Assembly: GCA_963730485.1 (NCBI GenBank)
Contig: CAVSRY010000011.1
Location: 47,059 to 111,058 of the forward strand
Source: an uncultured Acidobacteriota bacterium
GTDB taxonomy: Bacteria > Acidobacteriota > Vicinamibacteria > Vicinamibacterales > SCN-69-37
Length of the DNA: 64,000 nucleotides
Reading direction: 5' to 3'
Below the pieces are notes generated by a model that was not told the origin of the DNA, ran no database searches, and was given only the letters and a program-made list of their open reading frames with translations. Numbering within the stretch: position 1 is the stretch's first letter; each line of letters opens with the position of its first letter. Shown piece after piece: positions 9,842 to 19,331 of this stretch. The position numbers and the translations under genes were made by a program.

Positions 9842-10668
9842 CTAGCCGAACCGTCCGGTCACGTAGTCCTCAGTCAGCTTCTGCGCGGGGTTCGTGAACA
9901 TCTGGTCGGTCTGCCCGAATTCCACCAAGGTGCCCAGCCAGAAGAACGCCGTGGCGTCCGACACCCGCGCCGCCTGCTGCATGTTGTGCGTGACGATCAC
10001 GATCGTGTAGTTACGTTTCAGCTCGTAGATCAGCTCCTCGATGCGTTGCGTGGCCATCGGGTCCAGCGCCGAGGCCGGCTCGTCCATCAACAGAATCTCG
10101 GGCCGCACGGCAAGCGCCCGGGCGATGCACAGACGCTGCTGCTGTCCGCCTGACAAGGCCAGCGCCGAGTCGTGCAGCCGATCCTTCACTTCATCCCAGA
10201 GTGCCGCCGCCTGCAGGCTTGCTCGACCTGTTCGTCGAGGTCGCGGCGGCCCTTGAACATCCCGTTGATTCGGAGGCCGTAGGCGACGTTCTCGAAGATC
10301 GACTTCGGAAACGGGTTCGATTTCTGGAACACCATGCCCACGCGGCGGCGAAGCTGCACGACGTCGGTCCCCGGCGCGTAGATGTCGGCGCCGTCGATGC
10401 TGACCGAGCCCTCGACACGCGTGCCGGCGATGATGTCGTTCATGCGGTTGAGCGTTCGGAGAAACGTGCTCTTGCCGCAGCCGGACGGGCCGATGAACGC
10501 CGTGACGACGTTCGCCCGAATCTCGATCGAGATATCGGTCAGCGCCCGCTTCGGACCATAGAAGAAGTTCAGCTGCGTAACCCGCACCTTCACCGGCGCG
10601 GCTGGCAGCGGCGTGCGATCGGATGACGCCGACACCACGTTTGGACGCAGCGAAACCTCAGCCGCCAT
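9842..10668 (-). pseudogene. pstB: phosphate ABC transporter ATP-binding protein PstB, one frame break
   Basis: Walker [10 protein letters not shown], signature LSGGQQQRL, Walker B LLMDEP. The two ORFs join near 10200, where one extra A would restore ...[18 protein letters not shown]. Confidence 0.9.
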
Positions 10669-10777
10669 ACGAATTCACTCTATCCCGGAAGGCCGAGGTG
10701 GCTGGTTTCGGCTGTGTAAATTCAGCCCAGACCCCGCGCGCCACAAGCTTGTGAGGCGTTCGGGGTAAGCTCCCGTC

Positions 10778-11769
10778 GTGACCTGGATCCCGCTGTCGGG
10801 ACTGCTGTGTGCGGTGATCGGCGTTCGCGCTTGGCGCAGCACGCGCCGCTCTTCGTCATCGCGCATCGTGGCGCCAGCGGATACCGCCCCGAGCACACGG
10901 TCGAGGCCTACCAGCTGGCCGTCCAGATGGGCGCCGACGCGATCGAGCCCGACCTCGTCATCACGCGCGACGGCGTGCTCATCGCGCGGCACGAAAACGA
11001 GATTGGTGAAACGACAGACGTCGCCGAGCGGTTCCCGAACCGGCGAACCACCAAGGAGATTGACGGCAAGCCCGTGACCGGCTGGTTTGCCGAGGACTTC
11101 ACCCTCGCGGAGATCCGGACGCTGCGGGCTCGTGAGCGGCTGGCGTTCCGGTCCCACGAGTACGACGGCCGTTTCGGCGTGCCGACGTTCGACGAAGTGC
11201 TGGATCTTGCCGCGGCGGCCCGGCGTGAAACCGGCCGCCCGATTGCGGTGTATCCCGAAACCAAGCATCCGACGTACTTCCGGCGCATCGGGCTTCCGCT
11301 CGAGGACGTGTTGCTCGACCGCCTGAAGGCGCGCGGGCTCGTCGAACGCGAGTCTCCGGTGTTGATTCAGTCGTTCGAGCGCCCGAGCCTCGAGTATCTC
11401 CGCCTGCGGACCCGCGTGCGCCTCGTGCAGCTCACGTCGTCGCCGGCCGACGTCACCGCCGACCGTCTGGCCGCCATCGCCCGATATGCGGACGGCATCG
11501 GTGCCGAGAAGACCTTGATCGTGCCCGAAGGGCCGAATCGTCGCGTCCAGCCGCCAACCCACGTCGTGCGCGACGCCCACGCCGCCGGTCTCTTCGTTCA
11601 CGCGTGGACGATGCGCAACGAACCGCTGTACCTGTCTCCGAGCTACGACGGCGATCCGGCGGCCGAAGTCCGTGAGTTCGTCGCGCTCGGCGTGGACGGC
11701 GTGTTCTCGGATTTTCCGGATGTCGCCGTGAAGGGCGATCCCGGCCGTCAGACCCAGCTGAGCCTCTAG
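10778..11769 (+). pseudogene. glpQ: glycerophosphodiester phosphodiesterase, frame break in the signal peptide
   Basis: FVIAHRGASGYRPEHT and EPDLVITRDGVLIARHE. The GTG-start signal segment MTWIPLSGLLCAVIG is in another frame (shift near 10835). Confidence 0.8.
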
Positions 11770-12530
11770 ATCGATTCGGTTCTCACGACCGTCGCGGCTT
11801 CGGAGCCTTCGAGGAATTCGCCGACCTGGCGGCGCAGTTCTTCCTGGATGCTGTTGATCGATTTGCGGCCTTCGAGCACGCGGAAACCGAACTCGTCGGA
11901 CATCGCGGCGTATTCTTTGACGAGCTGCCGCTGATAGGCGCGGAAGCTGTCGTAGATGTCGTCGCCGGACTTGAGGTCCATGCCCGACTCCCAGTACGAC
12001 ATGCCGCCGGTCTGCAGCACGCGGCGGGCGAGGGCGTCGGCGTCAATCTTCAGGTAGAAGATGAGGTGCGGCGCGATCGCGAAGCCATAGAGCTGGCGGA
12101 TCCACTGGCTGTCCACGCCGCGCACGCCGGCGCGGGCGATGGCCGTGTAGATATACCGATCCGCGAGCACGATGAAGCCGGCTTTGAGCGCCGGGATGAT
12201 CTCCTTCTCGAGCCGGTCGGCGAAGTCGCACGCGTAGAGCAGCACGAACGTCAGCTTGTTGAGCGTGTTGCTCGACTTCGCCAGCTCGATCGTCGGCGCC
12301 ATCAGCGGCGATCGGGTCCATCCCGTCTCGATGACGCCGTAGCCGCGTACTTCGAGCCACTCACGGAGCAGTCGGATCTGCGTCGTCCGGCCGACGCCGT
12401 CCGTGCCTTCGATGGCGATGATGCGGCCCGGGTAGTCCGCGATCGGCGCGTAGGGGAGTCCGTGACCGTAGTACTGGCCCGGCGTGACGCCGCCGTGCGC
12501 GCCCAGGTCCTGTGCCGGCGAATCGCTCAT
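11766..12530 (-). CDS. thymidylate-kinase-family P-loop protein, Walker A Lys replaced by Arg
   Basis: IAIEGTDGVGRTTQ (R at the GK[ST] position), LADRYIYTA, and paralogy to the next gene. The internal start MSDSPAQ overlaps the upstream stop as ATGA. Confidence 0.6.
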   Translation of the reverse strand: MSDSPAQDLGAHGGVTPGQYYGHGLPYAPIADYPGRIIAIEGTDGVGRTTQIRLLREWLEVRGYGVIETGWTRSPLMAPTIELAKSSNTLNKLTFVLLYACDFADRLEKEIIPALKAGFIVLADRYIYTAIARAGVRGVDSQWIRQLYGFAIAPHLIFYLKIDADALARRVLQTGGMSYWESGMDLKSGDDIYDSFRAYQRQLVKEYAAMSDEFGFRVLEGRKSINSIQEELRRQVGEFLEGSEAATVVRTESI

Positions 12531-13202
12531 GTCGGGTTGCTCTCCAGGTGCGCGGTGACCATCTCGCGGAATTGCCGCTGCTGCTCGGTGATGCTGCGTC
12601 GAGCGTCGACAACCTCCAGCCCGTATTCGGGCACGATCCGGTCGTACTCCTCGAGCACCTTGGACTGGAAGATCTTGAAGCTCTCCGTGGCGTTGGCGCT
12701 CCATCCCATGTCCATGCCGGCCTCGTAGAACTTCATCTTGATGCGCCGGGCGAGGAGCCGATCCAGCGAGGTCTCGATCGGCACGCGGAAGTAGACCGCC
12801 AGGTTCGGACGGACGGCGAAGCTATACAGGTCGCGCACCCACTGGCGATCGACGCCGCGCGCGACATCGCGCGCAAACGCCGTGTACGCGTATCGATCGG
12901 CGAGCACAATCATGCCGGCCTTGAGCGGCGGGATGATGCTTATACAGCTGCCGGTCCGCGAAGTCGGTCGCGTGCAGCAGGCTGAACGTCATCGGCGTCA
13001 GCGCGTTCTTCTTCTTGCCGGCCTTGGTCGCCGCCTTCACGAGCGCTGACGAGTTCCATTCGGTGACGAACACCCGGTGGCCGTTGGCCGTCAGCCACTT
13101 CGACAGCAGGCTCAGCTGCGTCGTCTTTCCCGATCCGTCGATGCCTTCGACCACGAACAGGCGGCCGGGAAGGGTGTGCGGCGTGGCGAGGGTGTCGAGC
13201 AT
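12527..13202 (-). pseudogene. thymidylate-kinase-family P-loop protein (canonical Walker A), one frame break
   Basis: VVEGIDGSGKTTQ and LADRYAYTA. The two ORFs join near 12930 (..FADRQLYK / IIPPLKAGMIVLADRY). Confidence 0.6.
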
Positions 13203-13249
13203 GCTTCGTGGCGTCCTTTGTGGCCGGGGTCCTGCGACCACCGGCAATC

Positions 13250-14766
13250 TCACAGCGTATCTCGCACCCCAGCTCTTCGGCGAGGGCGGTCGCCTGGCGC
13301 TCGGCGGCCCAGAGCTCGAGCTCGGCGTCGCCTGAGGCCGTTGAGCCCGAGCGTCAGCCTCCTGCCGCTCCCGGTCACGCGGACGCCGGCCACCACCTGC
13401 GCGTGGCTCCGGTCCAGTCCCTCGGCAAGCCGGACGATCGCGCCGAGGACGCGAACCGCGCGCCGCTTGGGCTTCGAGAGCGACTTGTAGCCCTCGTGGG
13501 ACGCCTTCGGCGTCGCCTGACGATGGTACCGCGCCACGAGGCCGATGATGGTGACCTCGTCCGGCTCGAATCCGCGGAGTCCGCCATGCTTCACGAGGTA
13601 GTACGCGTGCTTATGGTGGCGCTCGTAGCTGATGTGCGTGCCGATGTCGTGAAGCAGGGCGCCGTCCTCGAGCCAGTCTCGCTCCTGCTGGCCCAGGCGG
13701 TGCCGCGTTTTCAGGCCGTCGAAGACGGCGAGCGCGAGCCGCGCGACCTGTTGCGCATGCGGCGCCAGGTAGTTGCACCGCTCGCCGAGCTCGATCACGC
13801 TGCGGCGCCGCACGTCCGGGTAGCGGTCGATGGTCTGGATGTGCCGGGCGTTGCGTGTGATGTAGTCGAGCACGAGCCCTTCACGCAGCGCGAAGTCACA
13901 GAGCGTAATCTCGTCAGCGCCGAGGCCATCGATGATCGCGTCGAGCAGCAAGGCGCCGGCGGGCGCGAGATCCGCGCGGCGCGGATCCATGTCCGGGATC
14001 TGCAGTCGCTCTGCGAGCGAGAGCGACGTCAGCCGGCGCGTGAGCCGCGACAGCGCCTTGGCGCTCACTCGCAGATTCCGCAGGTCGTCGGACGGCCGCT
14101 TGTCCGCGGCGAGCGCGCCGAGTGAGAGGATCGTCCCGGAGGTCCCGATCACGCGATCGATGCGGCGCCTTGAAATCTGCGCGAGGTACGGACCGACCTG
14201 ACGTGCGAACATGCCGCACAAGGCGACGGCGGTCGCGATCGGCGATCGGGTCGGTCGTGACGAAGCGCTCGGTCAGCCGGATCACGCCGAGCTTGAAGCT
14301 GCGCCCCGTGCGCAACCGCTCCGCCGTGCCGACCGTGATCTCGGTGCTGCCGCCGCCAATGTCCACGACGACGGCCGTGCGCTTCCCGATGTGGGCCGAG
14401 TACGCCGGCGGCCAGGTGGATCAGCCGCGCTTCCTCGGTTCCGGAGATCACCTGCACGCGCAAACCGACGGCGCGGCGGACCGCCGCGACGAAATCAGGG
14501 CCATTTCCGGCCTCGCGAACGGCGCTCGTGGCCGCGGCGATGATTTCGTCCACGCCGTGCGATGCGGCAATCCGCGTGAACTTTGATAGTGTCTGAAGCG
14601 CCGCCGACATGCTGGGCTCGGCCAGTTGGCGCCCGTCGAGGCCGCCAGTCCCGAGTCGAATCATGTCCTTTTCTCGATCGACGACCTCAAACGACAGGTC
14701 CGGCCGGATCCGGCAGACGATCATGTGGAGCGAGTTGGTGCCGATGTCGATGGCCGCGATGCGCAT
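13250..14766 (-). pseudogene. ppx: exopolyphosphatase / guanosine pentaphosphate phosphohydrolase (Ppx/GppA) with C-terminal HD region, frame-disrupted
   Basis: MRIAAIDIGTNSLHMIV, DIGGGSTEI, LLHDIG..HHKH. At least 3 shifts (near 14400, 14215 and 13330). Confidence 0.8.
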
Positions 14767-14786
14767 GCGTGTAACGTCGGAGTAAC

Positions 14787-15809
14787 ATGCGAGGACGGAA
14801 GCTCGAACCGATGGGCCATGCTACCACGACGATCGCGGGCGGTTTGATCGCCGCACTGACGCGCCAGCACGATTCGCTCGCGCGCCGCTGGTCTGCCGCG
14901 CGTGCCGGCCACGTCAAGGGCGTGCATCGCGCGCGCGTGGCGTCGCGCCGCCTTCGCGAGGCCCTCGCGGTCATCGACGCGGCCGAGCCGAAGAGTCGCG
15001 CCGCGCGCCTCGCGCGTACCGTCAGGCGGATGACGCGAGCGCTGGGGCCGGTCCGCGAAATCGACGTCGCGCTGGTCGAGCTCGATCTCGCCGCCCGCCG
15101 GCACGGCTGGTCGCCCGAGCTCGCGGGAATCGTTCGCCGTCGGCTCGAGCGGGAGCGCGAGCGTCGCGCGAAGCGCATGGTCGCCAAGATTGCCAAACAG
15201 GATCGCGGCAGCGTTCGAGACGACATCCGCGAGCTGTCGAAGTGGATGACCGGTGCAGATGATCGATCCTCAGAGGCCGCACTGAGCGCCAGGATCGTGC
15301 GACGCGCCCGCGCAGTGCTGGCCGCGTCCGCCGCGGCGGGCACGATCTATGTGCCCAACCGGCTCCACGCGCTCCGCATCGCGATCAAGAAGCTGCGGTA
15401 CGCCATCGAGCTGCTGCCGCCGACGCCGGCGTTCGACGTGGCCGTCGCGCTGAAGTTGTTGAAGCGGGCGCAGCGTCGCTTCGGATCCCTTCAAGACATT
15501 CAGGTGCTCACCGCGGAAGTGCGGGCGATTGACACGGTGAAGCGGCGCCCAGCGGATCGTGCCGCGTTGTCTGCGGCGGCTGACGCCCTCGAGCGCGATT
15601 GCCGCGAGATCCACGCGAAGGCGCTCGCGCTCGTGCCGGATGTCGAGGCGTGCGCCCGGCTGATCCGGCGCGAGCTCGGTGTGCGCCGCCGGGGAAGCCG
15701 CCTCGCGATGGCCAAAGCAGAGCTCGACACGAAGGCCAGGGCTCTAAGGCTCAGGGCTCAGGGCTTGGGACTGATGCAGGCGCACGAGCGACCAACGTGC
15801 AGGCTCTAA
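14787..15809 (+). CDS. CHAD domain protein
   Basis: Helical, R-rich repeats (VHRARVASRRLREAL, LHALRIAIKKLRYAIELL). The last ~25 codons are translation of the left repeat arm, so the true C-terminus may be near 15735. Confidence 0.6.
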   Translation: MRGRKLEPMGHATTTIAGGLIAALTRQHDSLARRWSAARAGHVKGVHRARVASRRLREALAVIDAAEPKSRAARLARTVRRMTRALGPVREIDVALVELDLAARRHGWSPELAGIVRRRLERERERRAKRMVAKIAKQDRGSVRDDIRELSKWMTGADDRSSEAALSARIVRRARAVLAASAAAGTIYVPNRLHALRIAIKKLRYAIELLPPTPAFDVAVALKLLKRAQRRFGSLQDIQVLTAEVRAIDTVKRRPADRAALSAAADALERDCREIHAKALALVPDVEACARLIRRELGVRRRGSRLAMAKAELDTKARALRLRAQGLGLMQAHERPTCRL

Positions 15810-15860
15810 ACCCTAAGCCCTAAGCCCTAAGCCCTAAGCCCTAGCCGTGAGCCCTAAGCC
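15734..15860. repeat. heptad-periodic inverted array with a (CCCTAAG)n arm
   Basis: Left ggccagg|gctctaa|ggctcag|ggctcag|ggcttgg, 38-nt spacer, right ccctaag x4 |ccctagc|cgtgagc|cctaagc. Confidence 0.85.
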
Positions 15861-15874
15861 TGACAGAATGCATC

Positions 15875-16381
15875 ATGCCCCAGTCCCGACAGCTCTTCCT
15901 GGTTCGACACGCCATCGCCACCGAGCGCGGTGACAAATGGCCGGATGACGCCAAGCGTCCGCTGACCCATCAGGGCGCCGCGCGGATGAGCACCGCCGCC
16001 GAGGGGCTCTCCGCAATCGGCGTCACACCGGATGTGGTGATTTCGAGTCCGCTCGTTCGCGCCGAGCAAACGGCGGACATCCTCGTGAAGTGTCTCGGCG
16101 GGGACGCCCGCCTCGTGACCGCGCCCGCTCTTGCGCCAGGAGGCTCGCCGGCCGCGGTCGCCGAAGCCGTGGCCGCGCTCGCCAAGGGTCGCAGCATCGC
16201 CATCGTCGGCCACGAGCCCGGACTCGGCGAGCTCGCGGCCTGGCTCGTCGGCGCCCGTCAGCCGCTGCCGTTCAAGAAAGGCGGCGTGTGCCGAATCGAC
16301 GTCGCTGACTGGCCGCCCACGGCGAAGAGCGGAACTCTCGTCTGGTTCGCGACACCCAAGATGCTTCGCGCGCTCGCATGA
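15875..16381 (+). CDS. sixA: phosphohistidine phosphatase SixA-like
   Basis: LFLVRHAIA (RH motif) and VGHEPGLGE, in a 168-aa ORF. Confidence 0.7.
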   Translation: MPQSRQLFLVRHAIATERGDKWPDDAKRPLTHQGAARMSTAAEGLSAIGVTPDVVISSPLVRAEQTADILVKCLGGDARLVTAPALAPGGSPAAVAEAVAALAKGRSIAIVGHEPGLGELAAWLVGARQPLPFKKGGVCRIDVADWPPTAKSGTLVWFATPKMLRALA

Positions 16382-16396
16382 AGTGGACGAGCGCGC

Positions 16397-16470
16397 GAAG
16401 GCTTGAGGCTCGAGGCCTAGGGCTTAGGGCCCGTCGAACCCTCGGACCCCTGCGCAGCGACCTCGAACCT
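16397..16470. repeat. weak heptad-type inverted array at the sixA / glgC convergent junction
   Basis: ggcttgaggctcgaggcctagggcttaggg followed by cgaaccctcggacccc...cctcgaacc. Arm complementarity is only partial. Confidence 0.4.
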
Positions 16471-17724
16471 TCACACCACCGTCCCCGGTTTCACGATCCC
16501 GTTCTTCGGTACGACGATGATGCCGCTGCGGATGTAGTAGCCGTCGCCGTCCACGTCCTGAATATTCCGCTCGTTCACAAGACGGGCGCCCTCGCCGATG
16601 CGTGCGTTCTTGTCGACGATCACGCGGTCGAGCACGGCGTCCGGCCCCACGCCGAGTGGCAGGTCGCCGAACTGGTCCTCGTAGTAGTCGGCCCCGAGCA
16701 GGACGGACTGCGTCACGGTCGCACCGCGGTGGATGGCCGTGCGCACCCCCACCACACTGCTTTTCACCGTGCAGTTGTCGAGGTACGCGCCTTCGGCCAC
16801 GAGCGCCTCGTCCAGCTGGCAGTTGTGTAGCCTGGCCGCTGGCAGAAATCGAGACCGCGTGTAGATGGGCCGCCGGGGATGGAAGAAGTCGAACGGCGGT
16901 ACGCGCTTCGTGAGGAGCATGTTGGCGTCGTAGAACGTGGCGACGGTGCCGACGTCCGCCCAGTACCCGCGATAGACGTAGGCGTGGACGCGGTGCGTGC
17001 CGATCGAGCTCGGAATGAGCTCGCGGCCGAAGTCCACGGCCCGGCTCCGCTCGAGCACGTCGTACAGGACGTCGCGTGAGAACACGTAGATGCCCATTGA
17101 CGCGAGAAATGGTTTGTCGGCCGTCAGCAGTCCAGCCGGCGAGTTGGCCGGCGCGCTCGATCGCATCTCGCCCAGGCGCGCGGCCGCGGGCCTGTGTTCG
17201 AATCCGGTGATCTGCCCGCTCGTGTCGAAGCTGAAGATGCCCATCTCGGTCGCCGCATCCGGGGCGACGGGCTGCGCCGCAATCGTGATGTCGGCATCCC
17301 GCTCGATGTGCGAGTCGATGAGCTCGGCCAGGTCCATCCGGTAGATGTGGTCGCCGGCCAGCACGAGGTAGTACTCCGCGTCGAGCTCCCGGAAGTGGCG
17401 CGCGGCCTGGCGCACCGCGTCGGCCGTGCCCTGGAACCACTGTTCGCCCTCTGGCGTCTGTTCGGCCGCGAGTACCTCGACGAAACCGCCCGAGAACATG
17501 TCCATCCGGTAGGTCTGCGCGATGTGCCGGTTCAGCGACGCGGAATTGAACTGCGTGAGCACGAAGATGCGCTCGAGACCCGCGTGGAGACAGTTGCTGA
17601 TCGGGATATCAATCAACCGCCACTTGCCGCCGATGGGAACCGCAGGCTTGGACCGCGCGTGAGTGAGAGGGAACAACCGCGTACCGCGGCCGCCACCCAG
17701 AATGATCGTGAGAACGTCGTTCAT
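16471..17724 (-). CDS. glgC: glucose-1-phosphate adenylyltransferase
   Basis: Uninterrupted 417-aa ORF with ILGGGRGTRLFPLTHARSKPAVPIGG and a C-terminal left-handed beta-helix region. Confidence 0.95.
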   Translation of the reverse strand: MNDVLTIILGGGRGTRLFPLTHARSKPAVPIGGKWRLIDIPISNCLHAGLERIFVLTQFNSASLNRHIAQTYRMDMFSGGFVEVLAAEQTPEGEQWFQGTADAVRQAARHFRELDAEYYLVLAGDHIYRMDLAELIDSHIERDADITIAAQPVAPDAATEMGIFSFDTSGQITGFEHRPAAARLGEMRSSAPANSPAGLLTADKPFLASMGIYVFSRDVLYDVLERSRAVDFGRELIPSSIGTHRVHAYVYRGYWADVGTVATFYDANMLLTKRVPPFDFFHPRRPIYTRSRFLPAARLHNCQLDEALVAEGAYLDNCTVKSSVVGVRTAIHRGATVTQSVLLGADYYEDQFGDLPLGVGPDAVLDRVIVDKNARIGEGARLVNERNIQDVDGDGYYIRSGIIVVPKNGIVKPGTVV

Positions 17725-17736
17725 TGGCTGTTCATT

Positions 17737-18550
17737 TTATGGCACCGCCGCGTCCCGGTCTTCTTTCCACTCGAGATCGTCCACGCGTTCGACGAGTGGC
17801 ACGTCCGTCCGCAGTGTCGCCAGCGTCCGGAACAGCAGCGCGCGGCTTCTGTCGCGGGCGAGCGTCGCCGCAAGCTCCGCGGGCCGCGTCGCGTTGACGT
17901 GCCACTCGCGATAGTCATCAGGGATGGCTTCGATGTGGCCGAAGCGCGACGAGCACCGCCGCCGTTGACTTCGCGCCCCAGCCCGGCAGGCCCGGATAGC
18001 CATCGGCGGCGTCGCCGACGAGCGCGAGGTAGTCCGGAATCGATGGCGGCGGCACGCCAAACTTCTCGGTCACGCCCTTCTCGTCCACAATCACGCGCGT
18101 TCGCCGGTTCAGTTGCACGATGCGTGTGCCTCGTACGCACTGGGCCAGATCCTTGTCCGGCGTGCAAATCACGACGCGGCCCACGCGAGGGTCTGCGGCC
18201 GCCTGCACCGCCGCGGTCGCCAGCGCATCGTCCGCCTCGAACTCCACCATCGGCCAGACGACGATCCCCATGGCGACCAGCGCGCCTTCGAGGATCGGAA
18301 ACTGTGACCAGAGCGCCGGATCGATGCCTTCGCTCGTCTTGTAGCCCGGCCACAGCTCGTTGCGAAACGACTCGATGATCCGATCGGTCGCGACCCCGAG
18401 ATGGGTCACGCCTCGGCTGGTCATGCCCCGAATGGACGCGATCACACCGCGCACGGCGGCAACCTCGCGGCCCAGGTCGTCGGTTTCGGAGGGCAGCGCG
18501 TAGAAATGCCGGAACAGCTCGTACGTGCCGTCGATGAGGTAGACGTCCAT
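17737..18550 (-). pseudogene. 5'-3' exonuclease / flap endonuclease (Pol I N-terminal domain family), one frame break
   Basis: YLIDGTYELFRHFYA, EFEADDALAT, GVPPPSIPDYLALVGDAADGYPGLPGWG. Shift near 17950. Confidence 0.75.
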
Positions 18551-18722
18551 CGGCTAGAGGTTCTGCATGTGTGTATCGAATGCACCACTCAGGGGCACTG
18601 CAGATTGTCCTGTAAGTGAATGACCAGCTTGATGTTGCCCGAAGTTACGTCAAATTTACATGCGCTGAACGCGTCAGCTTGATATTGATCCCGCATGACC
18701 ACCGAGCAGCTTCCAAGCGCCA

Positions 18723-18740
18723 GACGCGTCTCGACGCGTC
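18723..18740. promoter_or_regulatory. two tandem 8-bp palindromes GACGCGTC spaced 10 bp apart (candidate operator)
   Basis: gacgcgtc tc gacgcgtc, inside a less GC-rich ~300-bp gap upstream of the exonuclease-glgC unit. Confidence 0.3.
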
Positions 18741-18845
18741 ACCGTCACCCGCGGCCGACACGGTTGGGAGGTCAAGGAAGAGCGTGACAACGTCGTCGTC
18801 CACAGCGCCACGTACACGGACTGGCACAGGGTCGAACGGGCGGCC

Positions 18846-18935
18846 GGGTTCCCCGTTCCCGGTTCCACGTTCCCGGTTCTCGGGACCGCGAACGAAGAAC
18901 CTGGAACGGAGAACAGGGAACGCGGAACGGAGTCC
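18846..18935. repeat. heptad-periodic inverted array (NNGTTCC / NNGGAAC)
   Basis: gggttcc|ccgttcc|cggttcc|acgttcc|cggttct, spacer, then gaagaac|ctggaac|ggagaac|agggaac|gcggaac. Confidence 0.8.
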
Positions 18936-19331
18936 GACTAGCGTCAGCGTCGTCCGGAGCGTGGCCTCGTTCTCCGGCGCCCGCCCGGCGTCCTCGAGCT
19001 CTCGCAACCTCGCATCGAGCAGCGCCGTGTCTTCGATCAGGCGATCGATCTGCTGCCGCTGTCGCGAGATGACGACCGAGAACGACACCGACGCCACGAA
19101 CACGAACAGGATCACGACGAGAAGAAGCACCGCCGGCGGGTAGAAGATACCGAGGCCGAGGGCGATCCGATCCAGAAGACCCCGCGCCATCGACAGTCCC
19201 AGCAGCGCCAGCGCGCAGAGAATCCAGACGAAGGAATATTCCTCGGTCAGTTTCTTTCGCCGCACGAGTTCCAGCACACCGATGAGCAGCGCGATGCTGA
19301 TCGCGACGGCGGCGACCTGAAGGCGATCCAT
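18936..19331 (-). CDS. DUF2304-like small membrane protein; 3' end uncertain
   Basis: MDRLQVAAVAISIALLIGVLELVRRKKLTEEYSFVWIL. The start overlaps the GT2 stop as ATGA. The ORF as given runs on through the repeat to 18645 with no stop. Confidence 0.5.

Noticed and set aside
10675-11601. 308-aa minus-strand ORF between pstB and the Tmk-like genes
   Set aside because: It is antisense to the clearly recognisable glpQ gene and has no motifs. High-GC shadow ORF.
15808-15860. Telomere or linear-replicon end suggested by (CCCTAAG)n
   Set aside because: It is internal to a gene-dense region between CHAD and sixA. It is only about 7 units long, is paired with an inverted arm, and is one of many unit types of the same architecture.
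16424-17440. 338-aa alternative-frame ORF inside glgC
   Set aside because: It lies on the same strand as glgC but in another frame, and is G/R/P-rich. The glgC frame carries the GGGRGTRL motif and is full length.
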